Shown one piece after another: positions 51,795 to 64,000 of a DNA stretch of 64,000 nucleotides. Within the stretch, counting starts at the first letter, position 1, and each line of letters opens with the position of its first letter. The stretch is from Mustelus asterias (taxonomy: Eukaryota), in assembly GCF_964213995.1 (NCBI RefSeq), contig NC_135822.1:51522001-51586000 (forward strand), in the 5' to 3' direction. The position numbers and the translations under genes were made by a program. Under the pieces are notes generated by a model that worked only from the letters and a program-made list of their open reading frames with translations, ran no database searches and was not told the origin of the DNA.

Positions 51795-52142
51795 GGGCGG
51801 CACGGTAGCATAGTGGGTAGCACTGGTGCTTCACAGCTCCAGGTACCTGGTTTGGATTCCCGGCTTGGGTCCCTGTCTGTGTGGAGTTTGCACATTCTCC
51901 TCGTGTCTGCGTGGGTTTCCTCCGGGTGCTCCGGTTTCCTCCCACAGTCCTAAGATGTGCGGGTTAGGTTGATTGGCTATGCTAAAATTGCCCCTTAGTG
52001 TCCTGAGATGTGTAGGTTTGAGGGATTAGCGGGTAAATGTGTCGGGATAAGTGGGTAGGACCTGGGTGGGATTGTGGTCGGTGCAGACCCGATGGGCCAG
52101 ATGGCCTCTTTCTGCACTGTAGGGTTTCTATGATTCTATGAT
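51795..52142 (+). mobile_element. full-length, well-preserved HE1/V-SINE
   Basis: gggcggcacggtagcatagtgggtagcactg head, V core, (ttctatga)n tail; absent from the paralogous site near 42880. Confidence 0.92.
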
Positions 52143-54707
52143 GATCACAATGCTGGAGTTCAAGGGCCGTTGGAGGGCCGAAGGGCCTGTTCCTGTGCTG
52201 TATTGTGCTTTGTTCTTTGTTCAGCACTGAGGATCCGTCCTGTTGGCTGCAGGGTTAGAGTTGATGGATTGTTCACAACATGATAAAATAATCTGTTTGC
52301 CAATTATTCACAGTATTGATCGGAACATTTCCAGGAGAAACAGATTGCAGATCACATTAGTAACTTTCATGTTTAAATGTCAGGAGTCACACAGTCACAG
52401 ATGATGTTTCTGAAGGCTTTCGTTTGATAATGTCGGAACGGTAGGATGCAGGTGGATGTATTTGTGTTACTTTTGGCGGCTGAAGGTTCTGGGTGCAAAT
52501 TGCTCAATTATTCAAATATGGTTAGCTGTGGGAGAGGCACACAGTACTGCAGCAGGCCTGAGGTCTTGTATTAACTCCAACTGCTCTCATGTAACAAACA
52601 GCTCTCTTGTGTTTTGCACCAATTTGAACATGTTCCTGAAGCTGCGGTCTCTCAGAGATGTTATCATCTCTTGTGTTTGAAAGAGTCGCTGCAAAGCATT
52701 GAAAATTCAGAAACTATTCATAAGCTAGCATTATCTGCCTCTGTCACATGATATACAATGCAAATCTGCTCAGAACCGAATCTTTATCCATGTAGCAACC
52801 TCCCTATTGACAATGTGTCAATAGTGCTGACGATGGGCGGCAAATGGCTTAAATCTTTCCTCCTCACAAGAGTTAGCTCGACAGCCGGACATTTAATCCA
52901 ATTCAATAAATCAATTGCACTGAGCTAAATTCACCATCTACATTTATGCTGATGGAAATGTAGAATTGACTTAAGGCAACAGTGAGCAGCTTAATTATAA
53001 AGAGCCGAATTATCGTTCTTACTGATTTAGTTAGTCAGGTATATTTCCATCAGGCAGAGACTCGGGCACAAGAAGTACTAAACAATGGTGAAACGTAATG
53101 AACCGAATCAAGAAAAATATGCAATTTTAAAACAAAGAAAGTCTGACCAATCAACGTTCTCAATTATTTGAAACGTATTAAAGAATTAATAAGAGGAAAT
53201 ACACGAAAAGTATACTTATAAAATGTGTCTGACGAAATTCACACTGAACGTTTGTCAGCATTGAGACCTGCAAGTTTGAGATTGAGTGCTGCAAATTATT
53301 CTAAATGGTGAGCACTTGTCCGTTCTTCGCCATCATGCTGCCTGTCTCAGTGTCATAATCATAAGGCAAAGCCAATGCAGGTAAGGAACAGAAAACAAAA
53401 TGAGTCTACTCTCTACATTCCAGAAACTCATGCCATCGCGCCCAAATATCGAAGGTTCTGGAGTTGGTATGTTTGCCCTATGGAAGACATGATGTTGTGA
53501 CACTGAATAGGCATGCGACTCTAATCGAGGAAAAGTCGAAGATGAGGACAAGTTAAATCTCAACTTTGGGTTTCGACCAAAATCGCACCGCACCCACACC
53601 CCCTCCCCACCACATGCACACACACAACCATACCTATTCATAAAAATGGTATTATCGATAAGCATGGAGATTGAAAAATATAATTTGGGACCAGGGTTTT
53701 GAGAATACCAGAGTACTGGCAGTGAGATGTAAAATCAAAATGCCAGGTTTATTAATTTCGAGAGTGTGAATTCAAACAGATCTTTTAGAGTTCGAACTTG
53801 TTGGCAATTCCACATACAGAATAGCTTGGACCTGTAAACTTGCTGACAGATTACGAATTTAACAACATTTGTGCAGCAAATTGCCCCTCCATCAAGTGAA
53901 CTCCATCAGATTTCTATCTTCCCGCAAGTCAACGTTTTCCCAACAAACAGGCCTCGTCTCCCATACAGAAGGAAAATGGCAGGTGGCATAAGCACAATCC
54001 AATACCTGCTTTTGCCAATCAGAAACATGCCCTGGCTTGGAGTAAAACTAGGCATTCCTTCATTATCACTTAGTCAATGTTCTGGAACACATCTCCAAGC
54101 ACCCGCGGACCCTACTGCCCCTTCCCACGCTCCTCAGAGCACTGTCCCACCATGACACCCATGCAGATACCAGACCGGGCAAAACACAAATAGACAGAGG
54201 CAATCTCCCTTTGTGTTCCCCTCACCTAAGTACTCCCAGTGTATGTATAACAAGGTAAGTTTCACTCTCTGCCATCCCTATTAAAAAAAAATCGAGCCTC
54301 GATTCAAATCAATTCCCCTGCTTCACTGTGCCCATTAAAACTCCCTGGACAGTTTTTTTTTCTCCCGGTATTAGATAGAGAACCAACATCTCACTATGTT
54401 GTCACCATCAAACCTTCGAGGCTATATATGAATCCGACAATGAACAAATCAACTCCAGACACATGAAATCTTAGCAAAAATATGTAGGCCAATGAACCAT
54501 TGGATTGCATCATGCTCATTTTTAAAAATTCAATAACTGTGCTTGCACTTGCTTCTTGTAAATCAGTGTAAATTAGTTTTGAGGCAGCACTGTTGGCAGT
54601 CATTACCACAAGGGGGTGAGAAGCTGGAGCAAAGGAGAAGGGAATGTTAACTGAACAAAACGCTGTGCCTTACTTTGAACTTTTAACAATAAATAGAAAT
54701 TAACATC

Positions 54708-54820
54708 GGCACACACATGCAGACACACACACACACACATGCACACACGCACACACACATGCATACATCCATACAGATATCCACACGCACGCATACAGGC
54801 ACACACACACACACACACTT
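54708..54820. repeat. (CA)n microsatellite
   Basis: acacacac tract. Confidence 0.9.
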
Positions 54821-55271
54821 AGTCGACAAAAATATCAGCTCACAAATGGCCACTTAGAAATGATTGAATGGCCGCATTCATGCCCCAAATTCCTGTGACA
54901 ACACTAAGTGTTGATATGGATACAGACGTCCGCACAGCCCAGCATAAGGTCGAATATGACCACCTATTTGTGACCACGGATGGTTAGGGTGTGGCTAATA
55001 ATCCAATCGGATGGACTCGTACCTGGGAGTTGCTCTTGGAATCAAAGCCTGTGGAAATTGCCACAGCATTCCATAGAACTGCCTGGTTTGGAAGTACGAG
55101 CTCGTTTTTGGTGTGTTTTGTTGATGTATATATCGTCTTTATATCACAGCATAACTTCCTTGCGATTCTCCAAGTGCTTATTTTGTGTTAGTCATCTAGA
55201 AGTTTAGTAAAACGTTGTGGTTCTTTCTTTCATGCTGTTTCATTCATTGTGTGGTTGTTTGTTGTGTACTA

Positions 55272-55397
55272 AAGAAAGATGTGGAGATACCAGCGTTGGA
55301 CTGGGGTCGGCACAGTAAAAACTCTCACACCAGATTAAAGTCCAACAGATTTATTTGGAATCACGAACTTCCAGAGCGCTGCTCCTTCATCAGGTGA
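55272..55397 (-). mobile_element. short Penelope-type terminal-repeat fragment with degenerate hammerhead core
   Basis: Reverse complement reads cacCTGATGAaggagcagcgctctGGAAgttc; caccagattaaagtccaacagatttatttgg is shared with 40030-40075. Confidence 0.55.
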
Positions 55398-56179
55398 GAT
55401 TAAAAAATGATTTCTGTTGAAGAAGTAATGAACTAAATGTTACATATCTCGAAGCCTCACAACGTAGTTATTTAAATTCGCGATAGATTTAACATGGCTC
55501 TGTATTTTTTAAAACTTTCGATGTTCCCAAAGATAAAGGGCAAACAAGAAAACAATTTGCAAGCCTGGAATTAAACAGATATGTTTGATTTTATAGCTAA
55601 ACCTTTGTGAGGATATATTATTGGGCCACAAAAACTTTCCTTGATTCATTACGAGATTACATGTGAGGTGTTTGAAGTTGTTAGATGAACTGAATGGAAA
55701 AATATTAACGAAAAAATATTCGAACAGATTGACAGGAGACCTGGATCATCTGCATAATATTATTTGAATGCTATTGATAGAAGTGATATGCAGTTGGAAA
55801 TGGCAGATTGAAAGGGATATTAATCTAAGCATATATTATTCAGATATCACACTGGAGTTACAAACGGTAATGATTTTTATCAGATATTAAGGGAAGCGGA
55901 AACTATAATGTTGGAAAACTATGCTGCAAACCTGACCCCTGAGAAAGCGCAAAATGGTGGTTGTGAATTAGAATGAGATAAGGGACGAGAATATAAGATC
56001 GTTCCTGAGAAACCTGGAAGAATTCAGATAACAGTTTGGTATTAATGCTTATAGATAACAAATTGCATCGTATTGTGCAATACATGCTGGTACTGATGTT
56101 GTATTTGACAGGTAAGGATTATAGCAGTCTTTATGCAAGACTGCTAGGAAAGCCACACATTTAGAATGTTTAGATATTA

Positions 56180-56375
56180 CAAACAAGAACAAAGAACAAA
56201 GAACAATACAGCACAGGAACAGGCCCTTCGGCCCTCCAAGCTCGCGCCGCTCCCCGGTCCAGGATTGAATCCTGAATCCAGGATCCCCGCCCAATTTTCC
56301 AGCCTATCTACATACCAATATCCTATCCACCGAGCTGTCCCTCACAGCTACGATGCTTTGTTCATCACAACCTAA
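56180..56375 (-). mobile_element. CR1-type 3' tail fragment
   Basis: (aagaaca)n...acagcacaggaacaggcccttcggccctccaag. Confidence 0.75.
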
Positions 56376-58446
56376 TATTAACGTTGCATATGTGAATGCA
56401 CAGAATAAACACACATTGAATTTTTATTAATATATGTTTTTAAAGTAGAAAAATACATTAATATAATGTTAACTTGGCATGTGTTAACGGAACAAACCCA
56501 CATTTATTCTGAATAATAAATATGTTACTCACTGGAAGAAAAACACAATTTTAGATTTTAGATCTGCTGAATAATAAAGAATACTGAGCACATAAACAGA
56601 AAACACAAAAGGTTAGACAATGTAAATAGTAAAACTAAATGTTAATCGACAGATCAAATCCCAGTTTAGAAAAAGCAAATATGATCCATAAGTATACTGG
56701 CAAACGGAATAAAAGTGGTCTAGTTTAGTGAAGTGAAATAAGGAACATAAGGGTAGGCTGATCAAAATGAAAATTCGATCTTTGGCTAATTTATTAATTG
56801 AGCGGTGTTATTAATTTGCTTCTTAATGAGGTTTCCAGCTGAAAACGAAATTAATTATATGGCCAACATTTACTAATACGTTGAAGGATTCAGGAGCTGG
56901 AGTTGATGAATTACGGTAAATTGTTGGGCGACAAAAGCTTTCCTTGATTCTCTAATTTGATATTGTGTTTAAATATGCCAAATGATGTTGATACAAAACC
57001 TGATAATAAATTAAGTTATTTTTTCTAATTGTCTTTATCTGGTGTAGAATGCCACTTTCCTCAGTTAGCTTCTGACGATTGGATTATGTGAATACTTGGA
57101 TTAATTGGTTCGAATTATTGACCATTTCAGCGGTGATGAATTTTTCATTGATGATAATCCTCTTGATTAGTTTTACTTTAGTTGTCTTCCTCTGACCCGC
57201 TCCACAGAGAGAGCCTTAAGGACAAGGCTGCATGTAAGCCAACAGTGCCAGGACGAGCATGGCTGTAACAGGATCTCCCTGCACACCGGAAACAATCGGT
57301 TTCTATTTGGGGAGTAATGAATTTAATCACAAAGATTAGTCAATGAGTGAGAGAGGGAGAGACGAAGAGACAGAGAAAGAGAGAACCAAAAAAATGGTTT
57401 AGTGTCAGGCACTGAGTACGATAACAGGCCCGAGGGATTTATTACTTAATTTCCACATCATGGTCTCATATTTCAACATCATTCTGTTAATTTGGCCCTA
57501 TGTTGTCATGTTGATGATATTGTGGTCTTGGAGAGATCCTACCTTTTGGTGTCGCGTTAACATTCGTGGTAAAGTAGATCACAAAAACTGGTTTCCTTGC
57601 CCTTTAATATGCTAATGTTACACAGGAACCCCACTGCACAAACACTGGTCCCCAGTGGTCTTCATTTCTTCAAAGGCAAGCGGCTTATTCTTGCCCCCCT
57701 CACTCTGGCGTTCCGCTGTGTGAAGGCAGGTCTCTTTCTCTCTCTTTCCCTCTCTCTCAAGATTTTTAGTTTGCCCCGTGTATCTGTGGATGATGGGCAA
57801 CATCCTCTCCTGAGCAGCGCAGGCCGGTTTGCATCTTGCATCAAGCAAACACAATATTGACTGTGGATCCATCTCGACGGCGATGGAGGTGGAGTTGGGG
57901 TGGGGGCGCTGGTAGGAGGGTGAAAAGATTAAAAGCTTCCCTCAAACCGGAGAGTCAGCTCACAAAACCGGTTGTTTAAGAAAAAAGTGCACTGGACTCA
58001 GCCTCTTTGTTGATGATGTGCCAGTTGTTTTGATACATTTTGATATGATTTAATTGAACTATGGGCAGGCGAAACACTTGAAGCTGAATTATTCCTTCAA
58101 ACTCTGTTACATAGGCAGTGACATAACTTGCAGGCGGAGAGTCGGGTATTGAAGTCATGAAATAGACTGAGATTTGTTGTGGAACAGAAGCAAAGAGAAA
58201 GAACAATGCACTTTTGAAACAATCAACCGTTCGTCATTCATCTTATCCAATGAGCTAAAGCGTAATACATAAAATGCAAGGAAAGAATGTGACACCTGTA
58301 TTTATTTATTAAAGCTTACCTGATTGACCCTTCAAGTGTAACATCATTAACATTATCAAATGAGTATTGTTAGGGACCACATCAGAAACGCCAAGGTATA
58401 TCATGAAGTTAGCCTGCAACAAATTTACTTCTTTGGCATTAATTGT

Positions 58447-58830
58447 GGGGAGGCGATGGCCAATGCAGTGCTATCGCAAGACGACTAATCCAGAAACTCA
58501 GCTAATATTCTGGGGCACTGCCTTTGAATCCCAACACGGCAGATGGTGGAATTTCAATTACAAAAAAATGTGGAATTACAATCTATTGATGACCATGAAA
58601 CCGTTGCCAGTTGTTTGCAAAACGAAATCTACTCCTTTAGGGAAGGAAATCTGTCGTCCAGACCAGGTCTGGCCTACATGTGATTCACTCTGTCGTTTTT
58701 ACGAATGTGGTTTACTCCGAACTGTCCTCTGAAATGACCTGGCAAGTCACACCGTTCAGGGGCAAATCGGAACCGTGAATAAATGTTAGCCAACCAAAGA
58801 TGCTGGCTTCTTGCAAATGAAATAATTTAA
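58447..58830 (+). mobile_element. Deu-domain SINE (degenerate)
   Basis: gggaggcgatggcc head; tttagggaaggaaatctg..cc..accaggtctggcctacatgtga core. Confidence 0.75.
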
Positions 58831-59304
58831 ACAAAATACCAATTTGACTATTAAAAAAAGCAAATTCTACGAATTTAAATACTTATGACAAGAGAGAATT
58901 CTTAACGACTAGCTTTCTCTGTTTGTTGCAATTTAATCAATATTCCTATGGACGTAAATTGTCCTTCAAGATAAATGAGCAAAGCACAGGCAGAAGTGAG
59001 TCCAGTTCTCCAGTCTTTTGCCACGTCTGGACAGAAGTAAAGAAATACACTTGAATTCAGACTGTCAAACAACAAACTCCAGCGGAAGACCTGTCTTCAT
59101 AAACAGTGTGACCTGGTTTCACACAGCAGAACTCCAGAAAGAAAGGGTAGGAGAAAACACCTCTGGACTTTGAAGAAATGAAGTGTTTGTGCAATGTGGC
59201 TCATGTGAAATATCAGCCGATCAGAGGGCATGGACGCCAGATGTTTTTGATTTCAAATGTCAGAATTTTCTAACTTCAGAATTCGAATTAGAATTAAACA
59301 TTCT

Positions 59305-59798
59305 TCATAAGACCATAAGACATAGAAGCAGAATTAGGTCCATTGTATCTGCTCCGCCATTCAATCATGGCTGATTTTTTTCTCATCCCTATTCTCCTCC
59401 CTTTTCCCCATCACCCCTGATCCACTTATTAATCAAATATCTATCTATCGCTGTCTTAAAGGCACTCAATGACCCGGCTTCCACAGCCTTCTGCGGCAAA
59501 GTGTTCCACAGATTCACCACTCTGGCTGAAGAAATTCCTCCTCATCTTTGTTTTAAACGACCGTCCCTTTAGCCTGAGGCTGCGCCCTCTGGTTCTAGTT
59601 CTTCCTCCGAGTGGAGATGTCCTCTCCACGTCCACTCTATCCAGGCCTCGCAGTGTCCTGTAAGTTTCAATGCGATCCCCCCTCATCCTTCTCAACTCCA
59701 ACGAGGACAGACCCAGAGTCTTCAACCGTTCACACGACAAGCTCTTCATTCCATGGATCATTCTTGTGAACCTCCTCTGGACCCTTTCCAAGGCCAGT
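59305..59798 (-). mobile_element. CR1 3' fragment
   Basis: ERVQRRFTRMI..LRRMRGD.IETY (ORF 59456..59791). Confidence 0.9.
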
Positions 59799-60799
59799 AC
59801 TAATTAATTCGAATGTTTTAAAAAACGTGTCATGACAAGAACGCCTGCGTTATTGATTGTTACCGACATATATCTAATAATGCAGGGGTTTATGCAGAGA
59901 ATATGTTTTTTCTCAGAATGTGTTCATTAAAACTCCACTCATTATGTCTTTGTGAGAAGATGCTTCTAGCACGACAAAGTCCACAGAGTAAAACGCAAGG
60001 GCTGCAGACACACTTGAACACCATGGATTTTAAATTGGTTAAATTATCCCACATTGAAACCTGTTCGCCTTGGCTGTCGCTGCGTTAGAATCTGTGAACT
60101 CAGTTCCTAACAGTACTGTAGCTGCAACTACACAACGTGGGGTACATCAATTCAAGAAAGAGCCATGCCAACAACTTTGAAGTAGCAATCATCCATGGGA
60201 AGTAAATGTTGACCTGGTCAGCAACAATCACATCCAAATAAGTAAAATACATTCCCAGGACAGTAAAGTCTGGTGACCATAAATTGATCAGGCCTTCTGA
60301 AATTTCCGTCTGCTAGCACCGTTAATGATAGGCAAATTGCACGCCGTTTCAATTACAAGGAGTAAAAAATGTTGCAAATATCAGGAAATATGCTTTCTTG
60401 TTACGCTGCTGCAGCTCCTTTCATGACAAAGTTGAATTTGCATTGCATCTTGCCACAATGCACACCATTGTGGGGTGATTATGTTTCATCCAACCAGCAA
60501 TGCCAAAATTTACATGCAGTTGCCATGTGATGAGTGTGGCTGAATATTATCTCATATAAACAGGGAACTGCACAACATTTTGTCCTGAGACACAAGGGCA
60601 AAGCAAGTGAACTGACCTCACCACATCTCCCAGAGTGGCTCTACTATTGGCGAAATTGGTAAGAGATTTGTTGCGAAAGTACTTTTTTTCAGATAGATCC
60701 GGAGATTGTCACTTTCTCTGCTTGGTCTTGATGGTGAGCACACAGTTTGTCCGACTTGCAAAAGAGGCTTGGTGCTTGGTTGGATATTAGGAATGTGTG

Positions 60800-60806
60800 T
60801 ATAAAA
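60800..60806 (+). promoter_or_regulatory. candidate TATA box (TATAAAA)
   Basis: About 400 bp upstream of the signal-peptide exon and followed by donors AAG|gtatgt (60839) and GAG|gtaatt (60902), consistent with a short non-coding first exon. Confidence 0.45.
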
Positions 60807-61201
60807 TGGACCTTGTCCTGGAGCTAGAGAAGAGTCAAGGTATGTCCGGAAAATCTATAGTTAACATCAGTCATCGTCTTAGAAATGAAGAATCAGAGTG
60901 AGGTAATTGGGATTAATGAATTGATGTAGTGATATTGCAGCAGAATTCTAAATATCACAATGATAACGTGTTGACCTCACATCTGACAGCAGAGGTTCCA
61001 GTGAGGGAGAAACTTAGAACTAACTCTTTCTGTTCATATCACAGTAGGGGAGGGAGATAGAGCTCACCCACGGTAAATCAATATACTCTCTAACCCACAG
61101 AATACCGCCCCCCCCCCAAAAAGATTCTGCACATTGCCTGCTCCATGGACATGGTCAACTACAAAATGTGTGTGTTTCTTCCCAGACGTTCCCACATTGA
61201 G

Positions 61202-61235
61202 ATGAGGACTCTTCTGCTTGTTCTCCTTTTCTTGA
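61202..61235 (+). CDS. first coding exon of a secreted or membrane protein (signal peptide MRTLLLVLLFL...)
   Basis: Exon 61186-61235: acceptor gtgtttcttcccag, gagATGa start, leucine-rich core, phase-1 consensus donor A|gtaagt. No downstream exon recognised in the window. Confidence 0.65.
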
Positions 61236-62011
61236 GTAAGTATTTTACATTGTCGTCGAATTTTACGTGGTTGTTTGTCGCAATTATGGAGTAAAACATG
61301 AATTGTGACTTTGGACAGGATTATTGATTGTTGTGGATTGTCAGCAAAAATGAAATGCACCGTCGGAATATACAAACGATTTAAAATTATGAATGGTGAT
61401 TGTTTGATGAACTAGAAATCTCAAATACGTCTCCAGGTTGCCAAATTTGATCCCCTATGTTTTGGACAATAAAGGAACAATATTTCCATTGGCTGAACAA
61501 CGAGGAAGACTGGATTTTCAAAGAATATTATGCATCCAAAAACACGAAGAGTAGCGACTCATGAAAATACAATTAAAAACCTGATATATAAATACATGAA
61601 ACAGTCTAATGAGATACTGAACTAATATCAAGTGGATTGTTGTGCAAGGAGGTACACATTAATTGTCAGGTCAATAGAGGTGTCGTTTTAGCCCAGGTGT
61701 TTAATTAGTACTGTGAGCATTTATGTGCAACATACCTGAGGAAGAAGAAATATATCATGGGAGGTGTTACGTTTAGATCAACCAGAATAAATCCTGCAAT
61801 CCAATGCTTCAGTTAGTTTACGATTTTACACACCCATACATTGTCAATTTTTAGCAGGCTGGAAGTGATTTCAACAAATTCTCAAGAAATCATGAGGAAG
61901 AGCTCAGGGAACAGAATGTATGTTGATGGTTTCTGTGCGTAGGGTGAAAGGCCATGATCTAAAAATTAGAGCCACCGTTCAGTAAGCAGAATTAAGCAAC
62001 ACCATTCCATA

Positions 62012-63042
62012 ATGGCTGTGACTAGTGGTGTTCCGCAGGGTTCTGTATTGGGACCTCTGCTGTTTGTGATTTATATAAACGATCTGGAAGAATCTGTAAG
62101 TGGGGGATCAGTAAGTTTGCAGACGACACGAAAATGGCTAGATAGTGAGGAACATTGTCAGAGGCTACAGAAGGGTATAGATAGGCTGGAAATTTGGGCA
62201 AAGAAATGGCAGATGGAGTTCCATCCAGATAAATGGGAAGTGATGCATTTTGGGTGAACTAACGGAGGGGGAGCTATACGATAAATGGCAGAACCATAAA
62301 GGGTGTCGATACGCAGAGGGACCTGGGTGTGCAAGTCCACAGATCCTTGAAGGTGACGTCACAGGTGGAGAAGTTAGTGAATAAGGCATATGGCATGCTT
62401 GCCTTTATAGGACGGGGCATAGAGTATAATAGTTGGGGTCTGATGTTGCGGTTGTATAGAACGTTGGTTCGGCCGCATTTGGAATATTGTGCCCAGTTCT
62501 GGTCGCCACACTACCAGAAGGACGTGGAGGCTTTAGAGAGGGAGTGCAGAGGAGGTTTACCAGGATGTTGCCAGGTATGGAAGGGCTTAGTTATGAGGAG
62601 AGATTGGGTAAACTGGGGTTGTTCTCACTGGAAAGACGGAGGATGATTGGTGACCTAATAGAGGTGTACAAAATTATGAAAGGCATAGATTGGCTGAAGG
62701 GTGGGAAGCTTTTTCCCAGATCGGTGGTGACGTTTATGAGGGGTCATAGTTTTAAGGTGAGGCGGGGGGGGGGGGGGGTGTGGGGCAGGTTTAACACGGA
62801 TATAGGAGGACGTATTTTACACAGAGAGTGGTGGGGGCCTGCAATGCGCTGCTGAGCAAGGTGGTGGAGGCGGACACACTGGGAACGTTTAAGACTTATC
62901 TATATAGCCACATGAACGGAGTGGGGATGGAGGGATACAAAAGGATGGTCCAGTTTGGACCAGGGAGCGTCGCGGGCCTGGACGGCCGAAGGGCCTGTTC
63001 CTGTGCTGTACTGTTCTTTGTTCTTTGTTCGATGTTCTATAA
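62012..63042 (+). mobile_element. CR1 3' fragment
   Basis: VTSGVPQGSVLGPLLFVIYINDL; RPHLEYCAQFWSPHY; (tgttctt)n tail. Confidence 0.93.
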
Positions 63043-64000
63043 TGGTGTTAAGTAGAATAGTGGTTATCTTTTCTGTTAAAGGTAGCTGATGATCGATCAG
63101 TGATTGATTTGTAACTTGAAAATCATACATATTTACATATTTTGTTTGAATGATGCAGGACACTAACGTTGGTAGATGGAGTGACATCACTGATAAGCCA
63201 CAACATTATAGAATAGTAGAATGAGATTGCGGAGCTGCAGTAACTCCTCCTTTCCTGTATTCTCAAACATTATTGTGGAGTTGCAAAATTGCTCGGGTAC
63301 CTGTCCTTAAGTCAGCAAATAATTGAAGACATATTCTGATAGTGATCTACTAAATTAGAATAAAGTTTGATAGGTTAGAGTTTCAGAAAATATTTATGCT
63401 TGCCCTAAAATTTGGTTCAGAAATTTGAGAATTTCAATAAATAATTAACTGCCAATCGAGGAGCTACTTTATTAACAGAATCATGGCAAGAACTGTGAGC
63501 CTGACACCAGGAAATGGGGGCAGAAAGTGCCAAATGTGTCTGAGGTATTTAAAATAAGGTTGACCAACTTACCAAAGAGGAAGAAGTAATTCAATACATT
63601 AATAAAATGAGGATGGGATGTGACAGGTTGGTGTCGAGTGTAAACACCAAGATAGACCAAATGAGATGAATGTTCCAGTGATTTGAAATCTACATATGAA
63701 TCCGACGGAATTTAATCGCCCCAGAATTTGTATTGCCCATTGATTTGATTTGTCCTGCTCAAAAACGCAGTATTCCCCAGGTAATCAAAAACCATAGATG
63801 ACGAAACTGCAACAGTTCAGAAAGACACCATTCGGTCCATCGTGTCTGCACTGGCACTTCCAATGAGCTGTATACCTGGTGCAATGGGCCTACGTTTGCC
63901 CCATAATTTTGAACATTCATTCTTTACAGACAACAAACTTAATCCCTCCCGATGGCCTATACTGCACCTCACTGTACCAGATTCTCAGGCACTGCATTCC

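Larger units (their letters stand above)
51430..57278 (-). pseudogene. unidentified multi-exon gene, copy X3
   Basis: 57197-57278 (acagccATG, MLVLALLAYMQPCP*GSLCGA, phase-1 donor), 54226-54277 (52 nt), 52620-52688 (69 nt, RLFQTQEMITSLRDRSFRNMFKL), 51430-51556 (YGSPSGLNLQQYDPNTVHTILQHVGPAIRANDNRT, then a 1-nt shift). Confidence 0.5.

Overview
Repeat-dense vertebrate genomic DNA. The CR1 LINE, HE1/V-SINE, Deu-SINE and Penelope-type repeat content points to a cartilaginous fish, most likely a shark (inference). Roughly half the window is CR1 LINE copies of different ages, including a young 5'-truncated copy with an uninterrupted RT frame (18728-20460) and two near-full-length copies with SGNH-esterase ORF1 remnants. 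SINEs, microsatellites, a 43-bp minisatellite, a degenerate 23-bp satellite and two N-gaps make up much of the rest. Reading splice sites by eye shows three things the ORF track misses. (1) A minus-strand uromodulin/GP2-type D8C (D10C) domain pseudogene (about 4994-16758) with no visible ZP module, carrying duplicated 96-nt mucin-like exons and an inverted copy of its terminal exon. (2) Three tandem, TE-riddled minus-strand copies of an unidentified multi-exon, probably secreted-protein gene (about 31.6-57.3 kb), with conserved exon sizes but stops and broken splice sites. (3) The apparently intact 5' end (TATA box, signal-peptide exon MRTLLLVLLFL) of a plus-strand gene that likely continues past the window. 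No rRNA, true tRNA or CRISPR is present. All calls come from manual reading; no database searches were run.
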